Below are positions 34,055 to 46,986 of a stretch of 64,000 nucleotides of DNA, piece by piece. This DNA is from Trichodelitschia bisporula (taxonomy: Eukaryota): assembly GCA_010356995.1 (NCBI GenBank), contig ML996687.1, positions 1,489,803-1,553,802 of the forward strand, read 5' to 3'. Both the position numbers and the translations under genes were made by a program. Under the pieces are notes generated by a model. It was not told the DNA's origin, made no database searches, and saw only the letters and a program-made list of their open reading frames with translations. How positions within the stretch are numbered: the stretch's first letter is position 1; the number at the start of each line of letters is the position of its first letter.

Positions 34055-35424
34055 ATGCTCGCAGCTCGCGTAGACCAAGAAAATCTCGCTCACGCGCGTC
34101 AGGCGGCGGGCGCCGCGAAATCAGCAAGCCAGGGTGGGAAAGCGAAGAGTCCCACCAAAGCACCGCCAAAGACACCCTTCAAGGTTCCTCTCAACGATGA
34201 GAACACGTCGGTTGCAGCGGGCAAAACGTTTCTGAAGACGAATGGCAAAGGTCTTGCGACACTGGGCAAGAAGCTGGCAGAGGGTGAACGGAGTGCTTTT
34301 GTGACTCCAGCCGGTTAGTAAAGGTGACATGTTCTAGGAGGTCCCGCTAATGGTTTAAGGCCCTCGTAATCGCGCTCCTCTCGGTGCTAAAACGACCAAT
34401 GCGAAGGTCAACGCTTTCAAGACGCCTGGCCAGGCGAACGAGCCAGGTACCGGCAAAACTCAGAAGACCCAAAACCCCCGCCTGCGTCGGGCAGAGCTCA
34501 AGGTTCATCAAGGCGATGTTAAAAAGGAAGAACCCCTAGAGGGGCGGGAGATTGAGTACATGCCGCCCCGGGGTGACGGTACGTGTATGTTATCACGGAT
34601 GCTGAGCCGAGCTAACAGCCACAGCTTTACCCGACTACCCCTCCGACGATGAATGGGGCCCGAACAAGACATTTCCCCAACTTGCCCCAGAGAACTTGAT
34701 GCGCGGCTGGCAGGAAGTCTACTTCAACCCCGTCGATGAAGATGAACTTTCTTTACTGGAGAAGCGCAAAGCTGAAGCGGAGGCTAAGGAGCGTCTTCGC
34801 GACAAAGAGATGTTGCGCATGGCTGCCGAACAAAGCCTCGCCGGTCTTGAAGAAGCTTGCGTGAGGGATGCTGGAATACTTCCACCGAAGAAGACGGCCA
34901 CCAATACCAATGCTCGGCCTGCGCTCGGTGCCCCGAAATCCCGGGTCAAGTCTACACAACCAGCAACCCTCATAGCGAAGTCGGCGGCTGCGGCTCTGGC
35001 ACGTCCTAAGTCTGGAACCCCGACGTTTTCGGCCCCGACGGCTGTTACAAAGGGTCGTGCGCGTCTGGTCACAACGACTCTAGCTAAAGATCCGCTTACA
35101 GCCCCGGCTCATAACACTTCCAGGCACGCTGTCGCTGCTGCAGCATCTCACAGCACTCTTGGGTACGCACGGGGTCGCATCATTAGTCAGAATCTGCGCA
35201 AGCCGGGCGGTGTGATATCCTCGTCGGTCAAAGGGCCAAAGCCTGCCGGGCGTGGTGCATCCTCGTCTGGGCGCAAGGCCAGTCCCGGGCCTACGACCAT
35301 GGACATCATGCGTCTACAGGATCTCGATCTGGGTCATAGCGACTCTGAGGATCCTTTCAGCAGCGGCGGTGCGATCCAGCCTTGGGAAGACGAGGACTTA
35401 GACGGCTTCCAACTTACTCTTTGA
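34055..35424 (+). CDS. Securin-like protein (separase inhibitor, Pezizomycotina type)
   Basis: Introns 34314-34359 and 34579-34624. DQEN and TPFKVPLNDEN N-terminus, D-box RAPLGAKTTN, and EIEYMPP pseudo-substrate motif. Confidence 0.78.
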
Positions 35425-36165
35425 TTGATCTTTTGTGATGAGATTAATCGTGTATTCAGTAGTCAACTAGCGTTCAACCTCCCGGAGTGCGGTCACCATG
35501 GTATGGCGTTAGGCGCGTTGGTCGCGCACACGGAATGTGCTCTCTCGGTCGTTACTGTTGATTCTTAAACCTTCAGCTTTACTTCGCGCGTCGCACTGGC
35601 CAGAAAAATGAGTATCTAAGCATTGACGAGACCCAAGTTGTAGTGAAATAAGCCTTTACTAGTGATGCAATGTACTCAGCATCGGGTCCGTTGGCCAAGC
35701 TGACGGCATTATGCAGATGATATAGCGCTAACGGAGATGGGCCAATGCGCTCCCGCATCTACAGGAATCTGAAGACTGGCGTTCGTCATCAGTGAATCCC
35801 GCAGCCACACCATGTTCATATACTCTATGCCCAGACTGTTTCAAGATGTTTACGCAGCAGCGCTCAAAAAGCCGACACGCCGATTTGTTTATGCTCTCTA
35901 CCACTTACAGCAGCCGCAGGCTGATTTTCCAGACATAATCTGCGCTGGTGTCCGAGTTGTCGCATAGGTACGTCGTATACAGTGCCCATGTTTAGTCTCA
36001 ACTCACCTTCCAGGCGTGCCATCCAGATCGAATATTAATCTTGGCTTATCATGCTTCCACGCTCAGGACATCTGGAGATGGGCACGGTTCACAGGCCTTT
36101 GTATTCATTGTCTGGACCCGCTGTCGAACGTTGCCGGCACAATCACTCACAACTTCCACTCAACC

Positions 36166-37419
36166 ATGATGAAATCTTCTTGGCTTTATCTTTCCATCTT
36201 TTCGCCTCTTGGCCACGCCATGGGCCCAGGCAGTTTCGGGGGCGGCGGGTATGATCCCAGCGAAGACGGGAGACCGTCATTTGGGAAAGGCACTGGCTCA
36301 CACAATAGCAGTGGCGCCGGGTTCGGAGGAGCCCCATTTGCAGGCGGGGGATCTTGGGGAGGCCGAGCTCCCACAGGCGACGGCGGAGCTCCCTATATGG
36401 GCGGAGGCCCTCCATTTGCGGGTGGGAATGGGGGGTATCCAGGCGGTGGTCCGCCAGGTGGATTTCAAATCCCAAGTGGCGCTTCTGGAGCATGGCCACC
36501 GACGCCCACGACCGGATGGTCTCCGAACAGTGGTGTTCCTGGTCCCAATCCAAACGACGGCAGTTGGTCTGCCCCTCCGGCGAACGACGGCCCTACTCCC
36601 TACGCAGGCGTCCCTCCGAATACGCCTTCGGCACCTGCTCCCAATGGCCCAGTTCCGCCTGCTCCCAATGGCCCAGGTGCGCCTGCTCCCGGTGCTGGTC
36701 CTACGCCTAATGGCCCGCCTGCTGTCTCGACCACAGGCTGGGCATCGGACACCGACTTCCAAAAGTCCTGCCTGGATGCCGGGAACGTTTTCCGTCAAAA
36801 GTTTGATGCTCCTCCTTACGTTTGGAATGCCACTCTCGCGAACGTTGCGCAAAAGGCGACGTCGAGCTGTGCACCGAAGCCTGCTGTGAGTACTAAGCCA
36901 GGACGACTGTCTGCTCGTGTGCTAACCGGCCAGGACCTCCTCTTCAATGGTAAATTTGCTTGGTGCAATGCTTCATACGCGTCATCTCTCCTCTCAAGTT
37001 GGAATGGAATAGGTCTCAACGGTGCTGGACTTCAAGGAATGGGTGCCTTTTCAGGTCTGCCGGGTTATCCTTCTAGTGGGCAAGGTGCTTGGGACTTGCA
37101 AACTCCCCAGTGGACTCAAATTTTCGGAAAGACCGTCTCACAAGTGGGTTGTGGGCGAACCCAATGTGACAAGGGTTGGGTCGTCGTCTGCAAGTTTTCG
37201 GCATCTGGGAATGGAAATGGCCAAGCGAACGGAGCTGGAAAGGGAACAGCAAGTGGGCTGCAAAATACAGCCCCTTATGCAGATGGTCCAGCATCGGCGA
37301 AGAGCAGCGATTTCAAGCAAGGACTGGTTCAAGCCAACGATGGAGGCAACAGATTGGCAAGGTTCCGAGTGAGGAGTTTGTTGATCGGGATGGCGGTCGT
37401 TTCTGCAGTAGTCTTCTAA
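36166..37419 (+). CDS. Secreted Gly/Pro-rich CAP (SCP/PR-1) domain protein with GPI-like tail
   Basis: Signal peptide. N.FRQKFDAPPYVWNATLA and WTQIFGKTVSQVGCG...GWVVVCKFSASGN CAP motifs. In-frame intron 36886-36933. Hydrophobic C-terminus. Confidence 0.8.
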   Translation: MMKSSWLYLSIFSPLGHAMGPGSFGGGGYDPSEDGRPSFGKGTGSHNSSGAGFGGAPFAGGGSWGGRAPTGDGGAPYMGGGPPFAGGNGGYPGGGPPGGFQIPSGASGAWPPTPTTGWSPNSGVPGPNPNDGSWSAPPANDGPTPYAGVPPNTPSAPAPNGPVPPAPNGPGAPAPGAGPTPNGPPAVSTTGWASDTDFQKSCLDAGNVFRQKFDAPPYVWNATLANVAQKATSSCAPKPAVSTKPGRLSARVLTGQDLLFNGKFAWCNASYASSLLSSWNGIGLNGAGLQGMGAFSGLPGYPSSGQGAWDLQTPQWTQIFGKTVSQVGCGRTQCDKGWVVVCKFSASGNGNGQANGAGKGTASGLQNTAPYADGPASAKSSDFKQGLVQANDGGNRLARFRVRSLLIGMAVVSAVVF

Positions 37420-37779
37420 GTTGTGCTGGTCACGATGATGTCCGTTTTCCTTGGAATATTCCAATCACATGCCATGGGCAATAATGGATCTTATGCCAGT
37501 GTCTGCTAGATTGCTTCACGTAAAGGTGTAGAAAGGTTGGAACACTCGTGATACATTCTCTCCGAGTCGTAATGGTCATGTCACTTCGGAACGGAAAAAC
37601 TGCCCCCGAAAGCTGACCTTGTAAATTTTCCTGAAAGGGAAAGGTGCAAGAGCACAGAACATCTCCGGAGTAAACACCCACCAACAGGTGTCATACGGAG
37701 GACATCGCGAGTTGTGCGCTGCATTTGCTTTCCACGTCCTGCGCACTGCCTCCTCATTAAGCTCACTTCTTCTCTTCTT

Positions 37780-39916
37780 ATGATGTCGGATAGCGCAATG
37801 CTTTCTCCGGCGACTCGCAAACGCTCCAGATCAGTTACCCAAGATGATCCAAAAACGACTACATCGGCTGTTGACAAAGGTTCTCTCAACCGAACTGGCG
37901 CGTCCCCATTGCTAACTCACGACGTTAGATGCCTCGTCCTCAGATGATGACTTTGGCCCTTCCCTGCCCTCTGCCGCCCCCAAAAAGAAACGCCGAAGAC
38001 TTCAATACTCCAAGCTCTATGTTGCCGCGTTGCCTTCCTCGCCCCGGTATTCGAAGTCGCTCATGCACCGAGAGCAGTTGTCCTTCGTAACCTTCACTCC
38101 CATTACAGACTTTCTCATCACCTCCTCGATCGATGGCGTGGTGAAGTTCTGGAAGAAGCTCGCAGGTGGCTTGGACTTCGTGAAAGAGTTTAGGGCACAT
38201 GATGGAGAGATTCGAAGTGTCAGTGTTAGCGCCGACGGCAGAAGCTATGCGACTGCTGGCTTGGATAATACTATCAAGATTTTTGATGTGATCACCTTTG
38301 GTGAGTTCAACCTGCTGTCTTCAGGCCAGCACTAATGGGAGGTCAGATCTACTCGCGAAATTAGAGCTCCCAGGCACTCCGAAATGCATCTGCTGGATTC
38401 AGAAACGCGGCGCTTCTCTGCCGTTGTTGGCAGTTTCAACGGAAGATGGCCCGCAAATCCGGATTTACGATGGACGGGGCGAACGACAGGAACCCATGCA
38501 TGTCATCAAGGGCCTACATCGAAGTCCAGTGTCAGTCATGGCGTTCAATAACGAGTACGATTGTGTGATATCCGCAGATGACAGCGGCATGCTTGAATAC
38601 TGGAGCCCCACCTCCAACTACGAAAAGCCAGATAACGTTTGGTCATTGAAGAGCTCGACAAATCTGTTTGAATTCAAAAAGGCCAAATCGGTTCCCACTT
38701 CGATCACTATTTCCCCAACGGGTTCCCAGTTCGCGACATTCTCGTTTCCAGATCGCAAGGTTCGCGTTTTCGACTTTCCAACTGGCAGGCTCTATCGTAC
38801 CTATGACGAATCCATTGCAACCATTACTGAAATGCAGCAGGCCGGAACGGCACTGGCAAAGCTCGAAGACGTCGAGTTTGGGCGACGGCTCGCTCTCGAA
38901 CGGGAACTTGAGCACCCAGCAATTTGCGGCAAAGCTAACGTGATATTTGACGAGACGGGTAACTTCATACTGTACGGATCCATTCTTGGAGTAAAGGCCA
39001 TCAATACCCTAGAAAACAGGGTTGCCAAAGTCTACGGGAAAGACGAGTCATTCCGAGCACTGAATCTCACGCTCTACCAAGGGCAACCCGAAAAGAAAGG
39101 AGTTGTGACGGTGGCCATGGCAGCTAGTGACAATCCGCTTTTGCAAGAAGCCGAAGCCCGAGATGCCATGTTGGCTACCACAGGAAGTGGCAAAGTTCGG
39201 TTCTACATGTTCACAAATGATGCAGAGTAAGCCACTGACCTGATCGGAGAGAGAAGCGCTGACCAGACTTCAGCATTAATAAATCTGATCGCGATGTGCA
39301 GAACGAAAAGCCACGGAACGTCAACACCAGAAAGCAGCAAGAAGCGAAGCGGACCGAGACAGGCACAGCTGCCATCCTCCACACAACCTACGGCGATATC
39401 CATATCAGGTTGTTCCCAGAGGCTGCGCCGAAGGCCGTAGAGAACTTTGTGACCCATTCAAAGAATGGTTACTACAATGGGGTGATATTTCACCGAGTAA
39501 TACGCAAGTTCATGATACAGGTAGGGTAGCAACTCTTTGTACGGCGGTTTTGCTGATAAATTTAAGACTGGAGATCCCCTGGGAGACGGCACAGGTGGTG
39601 AGAGCATATGGGGGAAAGAGTTCGAGGATGAATTCTCCTCTCTGAAGCACGATAAGGCATACACGGTCAGTATGGCGAATGCCGGGCCAAACACCAATGG
39701 CTCCCAATTTTTCATCACCACGGAGAAGACGGTACCTCAATTCCTCGTTCTTTAATGACGCGTTACTGATGCATATAGCCATGGCTCGACGGAAAGCACA
39801 CAATCTTTGGGCGCGCAGTGCAAGGCCTCGACGTTGTTCACCGCATCGAGAATGCGAAAGTGTACAAGGAGAAACCGGAGGAGGATATCATGATCATCAG
39901 TGTGTCGGTGGTATGA
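37780..39916 (+). CDS. cyp15: WD40-repeat plus cyclophilin peptidyl-prolyl isomerase (PPWD1/Cyp15)
   Basis: [13 protein letters not shown]40 repeats, then [12 protein letters not shown]...[24 protein letters not shown]...[17 protein letters not shown]...[11 protein letters not shown]. Introns ~37880-37928, 38301-38347, 39228-39272, 39521-39566, 39732-39778. Confidence 0.95.
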
Positions 39917-40048
39917 GGCGGCTGAGAACTAAATTTACAATTGCATAGCGATGGCGGATCACTTCAGAATTTTTTTCCAGGCGCGGCCGAGGTGTCAAAT
40001 TCAGCGACGTTTCGTTCTACCCGCATATCTGTCCCATCTGTTCACCGT

Positions 40049-40705
40049 TCAAATTCTCTGACCTGATTTGCGCGGAGGCCGGATCATGACTGTGTTAGCG
40101 TCCGTTCCCGAACCGCCATACTTTTCAAGATCGAACTCCTTTCTAAAGACAGACTCGAAGCCATACCGCGCGTACAAATTCCTCCCTGCTTCAGAGGCCT
40201 CGAGGTAGGCCTCTAAGCCAAGTCTATCAGCATCTTCAAGCGCACGCTGCAACAGCAGAGCGCCGGCGCCCCGCCGATGATGAGTGGGGTGTGTGACCAG
40301 GATGTGGAGAAGTACGGCGGGTCGGGTTCCGAGAATATCTCTTCTGCTCTCGCTAAGGTACCCGAAGAAGTCGTTCCAGGCCGCAGCGTTGGCCTGTGGT
40401 GGAAGCGGAGCCATGCGCTGAATCTCCTCTTGCTGCTCCTGCGTCCTCTCGTGCTCGTAGACATGCCAGTGAGCAGTGGCGATCATGGTTCCGTTTTCGT
40501 CGACAACTTTGGCAAAACGAACGTCAGGGTTCTCGCGCATAGCTTTTCTGGTCTGAGCGGCAGAAGATGCGATATCATCAGGGCTGATATCCGCGGTAGG
40601 CTGAATGAAGTGTCCTAAGGCGGGGTTGGACCGGAACGCGGCATGTCGAATGCGGATGTATTCTTCGACATCCGCATCTTGTAGGGTTTCAACACGCAAC
40701 GCCAT
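40049..40705 (-). CDS. GNAT-family N-acetyltransferase
   Basis: Motif A LVTHPTHHRRGAGALLL and motif B AYLEASEAGRNLYARYGF. Confidence 0.9.
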   Translation of the reverse strand: MALRVETLQDADVEEYIRIRHAAFRSNPALGHFIQPTADISPDDIASSAAQTRKAMRENPDVRFAKVVDENGTMIATAHWHVYEHERTQEQQEEIQRMAPLPPQANAAAWNDFFGYLSESRRDILGTRPAVLLHILVTHPTHHRRGAGALLLQRALEDADRLGLEAYLEASEAGRNLYARYGFESVFRKEFDLEKYGGSGTDANTVMIRPPRKSGQRI

Positions 40706-41522
40706 GTTCAGCGAGATGGGGGTTTGAATCTTTTGGGAAGAGAGAGATTCTGGTTAATGTGAAATGAGGGGTAGGTGGGGTGGGATACGGAGTTTTCGGA
40801 TGCGCCAGGGGAAGCTACCGTATAATGGAACTATCATGTGACCCTGGGGACCTCGTTTGCGTAATGGGAGAAAGTGAAAGGTGAGGAACAAAGATCCCCA
40901 AAAAGAAGGATCTACCACAGTACTGTAGGCATCCCAAGTACATGCTTTGTCCTTTTGAAGTTGATGCATACGAGACGGGCGTCAAAGACAAGGCTAAAAT
41001 AGCATGTGAGGCTTCAGTTTGCCACCTGATTCCCATCGGGTAGGTTTGAAGATGATGGGCACTTCACCGAGAGTTCAAAGACAGGGCGGAGCAAGGCAGA
41101 TCTGTCGCGCTGGGAGTAAGGCTGCACCAGTATGGTGGTGAGTCGTCGGGAAGTCTATTGGGCCATGGGCGGGGAAGGCAGCAGATTCGACGATGACGCT
41201 TGTCCGAAACCAACGCTTTCCTAGTGGCGCCAGGACCGTTCCCCGGGGCGTGCCCGGAGGCCTCTAAGTTCTTGGCATCGCCTCCACTACCCGTTCACCG
41301 TGGTCTCTCCCCCTAGCCTCCACACTTCACCATAACCTAACCAACGCCAACGCCACACCTCCCCCCCCCCCAAGTCATCCTCATGACTTTGATGCCTTGC
41401 TATCCCCAGTCTTGATTCTCTATTTAGACGGCAACCCCTTCCACTCCCTCCCATTTACGGTCTTCTTCCCGTTTCTTGCATCTCCGCTCCCCTCCACTCG
41501 ACTTGCCGTCGTCCTCTTCAAC

Positions 41523-44463
41523 ATGTCGAAGGCGTCGGCCAAGCGTCCTCATGAGGTAGAATGCATCGACTTGACTAGCGATGATCCACCTAGCTCGCGT
41601 CCGACCAAGACACCTAGAGTTCACTCTGACAACAGCTTCGACATCGACCAAACCAGCCAGCAGCAATTCCCAGCTTCGTCCAGCCAGCAGCCTTTCTCGA
41701 CTCCGTTCCGCCAGGCTGCGGACTACCGGAATTCTTACTACCAGCATCAGATTGGGCTGACCCCCGGGAACCCGTTTGAAATCGATGATGATGATGACTA
41801 CGACGTGACTGCGACCGGTCAGAACCTGGACCGTAGTTCTTATGGTATGTTGGCCGAACTGCTCGAGGATGACGACAAGTTAACCCCAGTTTTAGGGGAG
41901 CTTGACACTCTCATCGTGGGATGTCGCTACTACCCTGCCCAAGTGCAGACCGGCGAGAGACTACAGGCGATTCGCGAGCCCTCCAACCAGCATGATCGTA
42001 ATTCCATACGCGTGGATAACTTCGCTGGGCAAATCGTGGGACACCTGGACCGTAGGACTACGGGAATCCTCGCTCCCTACCTGGACTCCAAGGGCATCGC
42101 CCTTGAGATCACCGCACGGGGCGTGAAGAGAGTCTTCGACTGTCCCATCACCATATTCGTCAAGGGGCCGTACGATATGTCAACATACTCTGAGTTCTGC
42201 AAGGATGCAGCACGCATTGGAACGGCCAAGTTCCGGCACGCTGCGCAGCCGCCTCAGCCTGTGCAACCGCCTATGTATCGTCAAAGCGAGTGGTACGATG
42301 CGAATGGTGGCCCTGGCGCATCAACCTTTCCCGGCCTATCAACAATGATGGATTTGACCCACTCGCCGCAGCCAGTGCCGCACAGCCTAGAAGACATCAT
42401 GAGGGAGAGCGAGAGATTCAACCCGCGGAGCGTTGTTCTGGTCACTGAAGAGCTCGCTATCAAGGAGGAAGAGCTTGCTAAGATGCCCAAGGCACAGCAA
42501 CCGAAGGCGCTAAAGCTCACGCTTTTGCCTTATCAACTCCAAGGCCTTCAGTGGCTGCTTGACAAGGAAAATCCCGTCCTCTCTCCCCGTGGATCCAGTC
42601 AATCAGTTCAACTCTGGCACCGACTGCGCAAGAATTCCTCGCTGTTTGAACATAAAGCCACCTTTGAAACGTCCCCGAATCCGTATCTTGCCTCTGGCGG
42701 GATTCTGGCTGACGATATGGGGCTTGGCAAAACGGTTCAGATCATAGCTCTCCTCGTGGCAGACAAGACGGTTCTCTCCTCGGAGCTTAGCGGGGCTACC
42801 CTCATCATGGCACCCCTGAGCGTCATGAGCAACTGGAGTGGACAGATCAAGCAACATCTCAAGTCGGGGTCTGCTCTCAAAGTGCTGACGTGGCATGGTG
42901 CCAACAAAATCAAGCTGACGCCCTCTGTCGTTGCTGAGTATGACGTTGTTATCACTACTTATGAGTCGATGTCAGCCGAGTACTGGAGCGTTAGGGTCAA
43001 TGACCAACCTGCTCCCGTCCCTCGCCCGTCTGGACTCTTCTCCATCAAGTGGCGGCGCCTCGTTCTTGATGAAGGCCATAACATTCGCAATCCTGGTGCG
43101 AAAAAGTCGATCGCCGCGTGTCATCTCATTGCCTTGTCGCGTTGGGTCCTGACTGGTACGCCTATCATCAACAGTCTGAAGGATCTGTACTCGATCACTA
43201 AATTCCTCGGCCTCTCCGGTGGTTTGAACGTATTCGAGTTGTTCAACAACACCCTCATTCGTCCTGTACACGCTGGCCACACTAAGGCGTATCGCCTGCT
43301 TCAAGACTTGATGCAGTCGATATGCCTCCGTCGCAAGAAAGATATGTCATTCATTGATCTGCGCCTTCCGGAATGCAAGGAGTATGTTCATCACATCGAT
43401 TTTAAGAAGTCTGAGCGGGAGAAGTATGATGCTTTGAGTGCACAGGCAAAAACTACTCTTGAGCTCTTCAAGAATGCGACCGGCACCGAAGCACAAAAGC
43501 AGTACCGTTGTCTGCTTGAGATTCTCTTGCGCATGCGACAGATGTGCAATCATCACCTTCTTCTTGGTGAGGAGCGCCTGAAAAATCTCGAAGAGTTTAT
43601 GGTTGGGGGGACGGTTAATCTCACGCCGGAAAACGTGGGAACGCTGCAAACGATGCTGCAGCTGTCCATCGATAGCCGAGATGACTGTCCCATCTGCATG
43701 GACACCTACAAGGACCCCATCATCACGAAGTGCACTCACGTTTTCTGCTACGGCTGCATCGAGAAGGCCATCGACCCTTCGCACAAGTGCCCGTTGTGTC
43801 GCGCGGAACTGGTCGGGGCGCAGGACTTCGTGCGTCCTGCTGAAGAAGAGGAAGATAAGGAAGAGGAGATCGATACCGACGAGCACAGTAGCAAGACCAA
43901 GGCACTCATGACAATCTTGGATGCATCACGCCATCTGGAAAATACGAAGACTGTTGTCTTCAGTCAGTGGACAAGCTTTCTGGATATCGCACAAGGCCAC
44001 ATTCACCGCGCCGGCTTCGAGTTTACACGCATCGATGGCAAGATGAACCCCGCTCAGCGGGATGCTGCGATGGAGCGTCTTGCAAACGATCCGGACTGCA
44101 CCATCTTGCTGGCGAGTCTCAGCGTCTGCAGCGTTGGCTTGAACCTCGTGGCGGCGAATCAGGTCATACTAGTGGATAGCTGGTGGTAAGTTGAAGAATC
44201 GCTTGATATCATGAGTGAAGCTAATCAGTGTCAGGGCACCTGCCATTGAGGACCAGGCCATTGACCGCGTTCACCGTCTCGGCCAGACCCGCGAGACTAC
44301 CGTGTTCCGCCTCGTCATCGAAAACACCGTTGAGGATCATGTCCTGGAGATTCAGGAACAGAAGCGAAAGCTGATGGCGCTCGCATTTGCCGAGAAGGAG
44401 GCCAAGCGCGGCCAGACTCGGACTGCACGCCTTGCGGACATCGAACGTCTGCTGCGTACGTAG
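41523..44463 (+). CDS. HIRAN-SNF2 helicase-RING protein (Rad5/HLTF-like)
   Basis: HIRAN (IVGCRYY...REPSNQHDRNSIRV), GGILADDMGLGKT, LVLDEGH, RING CPICMD...CTHVFCYGCI...CPLC, helicase C. Introns 41845-41889 and 44186-44234. Confidence 0.92.
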
Positions 44464-45116
44464 TCCTCTTATATGTGTGGCTGAGGTTCTCTGCTCTGTT
44501 ATCGTCTTTTCGGGTTTGAATGGGGTAACATTCTTTTCATTAGATATGGCGGTCTTTGTGATTTCTAGTTTATACCCGTAATCGGTCGCTGTATGTCTTT
44601 ACTGGGCGGTGTCTTGTCTTTACTGGGCGGCGTCATGGTTTTTGTGAGCGGTTAAGGGGTCTGCTAATTCGGCGTAGAGACTAGAACTAGATCTAGAGAT
44701 TTGAATTCGGACAGGCAACCTGGCGGCGTTGAACACGGCGAAGCACTACGACTAGTCGAGCAAGCACTAGACGAACAAGAGTACATGGAACTTTTCCTTC
44801 AAGTGTGGTACAGGGACGAAAAGGTCCCTGACCTGGAGGAGTTCGTAGACGAGGAGCATCACACGGAAGTATGCACTTCTTCACACGGATCTGAGATAAA
44901 CGATACACCCGGGTAACGCCGTGCAGGGCTGGTAGATGCATGGCGTAGACGTCAGGGATTCACTGATAATGGTAATGCGATTCCTCATACCCCAAGCTAC
45001 GATGCCTGTATCGCTCTCCCGAGTTCTGCCCTGTTTTTCTCCGCCCCAAAACGCCGCAGCCGGTCCAAGCCCGTCCGTACCAATGCAAGCGCTTGACTTA
45101 ACAATAACAGATGCTT

Positions 45117-46300
45117 TCAGACCTTGGTACGCGAGTTCTCTATTTTGGTAACCAGGATATCCTCGGCACCCGCCTTCTCCAGCTCGTCCATGACGTCGGC
45201 AACCTGCTTGCTCTCCACCATGACGCTGACGGCCACCCAGCCCTCCTCCTCCACGGAGTTGACGGTCGGCGCGCGCTTGCCAGGTGTGATTTTGCGAGCG
45301 GCCGAGAGAGAGTCGCGCTTGATGTTGTAAGTGCATAGAACGTACTTTTGGGCCGCTAGAAGTGGTTAGCAGAATATGGGACGAAGCTGGAATGGACGAA
45401 CTGATAACGCCGCGTATACGCCCAGCAATCAGATCCACGAGCTCGGGGTTCGTGGGGTGCTTGGACTTGATGAGCACGGCAGTGCTCTCCACCACAGTTG
45501 ATATCGCCTTGAGACCAGCTGCGCGCATTGTCTCGCCCGATTCTGGCCGAGGTTAGAACGAGCTTCCATATGTCTGTCGGATACACACCGACAAGGTCGA
45601 CAATGCCATCCGCCACACCAAGCGCACAAGCTGCTTCGACGCTCCCGCCCACATACTTAATGCGGGTCTTCAACTTGGCTGGGCCGTCGCCATTGGCTTC
45701 GTTAGGATCGGCCGCCTGCACCTTCTCCAGATCCCCAAAGTACTTCTCCGTCAAGTTGACAAAGCTGGTCACGACATTCTTGCCGATCAGCTGTTCCGGG
45801 GTCTGAATGACACCCTTTTCCGGTACTTGCACTTGCAGCTTGCACCGCCCGAAGCCTAGATCTAGGATCTCCTCTACACCTGTCGTCTTGGTGGGTGGCA
45901 CAGCAACTTCATGCTCACGGACTTGGTCCCGACCCGTGATGCCTAAGTCGACGCGCCCTTCACCCACAAAAGTAGGAATATCTGCGGCGGGAAGGAAGAC
46001 CAGCGCGATGAGGTGATTCTTGACGAGGGCGATGTCAAGGCGCGAGTGCCGGTGGAATTGCAGGTCTGAGCCGGAGAGCAGGTCAAGGCATACCTGATGC
46101 AGGCGGCCCTCTATGCGGGGCGTAAGCTACCCTGTCCCGAGGCCGGTAAGGGGAAGAACGGGACGACATACTCTTGGGCACTGCGAACAGGAGGCGGTCG
46201 CTGAGGCTGCCGAGAATGTCAACGGTGAACGGGTAACTGCGCGACGGGCGGCGGTCCATAGCTCAAGGGCTCAGAGAGCTTACTGATTCACCAGGTCCAT
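45117..46300 (-). CDS. HIS1: ATP phosphoribosyltransferase
   Basis: MDLVNHLSDRLLFAVPKKGRL, DIPTFVGEGRVDLGITG, GGSVEAACALGVADGIVDLVESGETMRAAGL, ITPGKRAPTV. Four introns. Confidence 0.96.
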
Positions 46301-46505
46301 GCTGGAGCGTGGGGCGCGGATGTGCTTGAGGGTTTATATGCGGTCCAATGCAGCTCGAAATGGTGGCTTGCGTGACGAAGGAAGATGCTCACGCGGAGGG
46401 ATGGGTGGCACCGGAACGCGTCACAACAGCGTATTTGCGCGTGGTGTGTAAAGAATTGGACCAGTCAAAGCGAGTGGTTTGTACTCGTTGCCGTATATAC
46501 CTCCA

Positions 46506-46514
46506 ATGAGTCAA
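46506..46514. promoter_or_regulatory. Gcn4/CpcA response element upstream of HIS1
   Basis: ATGAGTCAA (perfect TGASTCA core) about 205 nt upstream of the HIS1 ATG. HIS genes are canonical cross-pathway control targets. Confidence 0.6.
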
Positions 46515-46986
46515 TACGCGCTGTATATGGTGACGGGAGAGGGGGACGAGCCGAACTTCGGAGATGGTGGGGCGGGAGCGAGGCGCTTCCTACCGTAGTA
46601 GAGAGGCTCAAGAAGTGGTATCTGCGGGAGATGATCCGAGCTAGAACTAGACAATGAGAGCAGATCGATTGGTCTTACAGCTTCAGCAAACAATTCCTAT
46701 ACAGTCTTGTACGAATTTGAAGCATGACACTCGGCGGGGCAGTGGCCTTGAAAAAATTCTTCCTAAGGCATCGAGCGCACAAGAAATCTGGCGGGGCAGT
46801 GACGCTAGACCCGATTGGGCACGCCGGAGTCGCTTGAATTTCGGGGTCCGACCCACCAACATTTTTCCGTCCATCATCACAGTCTAGCCAAGTGAGCCGC
46901 CCACGCACCTCCAACAAACACCTCGACAGCGACCCTCCCAATCTCCGTCCGTTTCTTCAAATCGAATCCCTCACAGATTCTTCACC

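Noticed and set aside
41397..41522. Upstream extensions of ORF-track calls (also 18210, 36016, 54417, 56615)
   Set aside because: They begin at TTG/GTG or leader ATGs; homology and signal peptides support the downstream ATGs.
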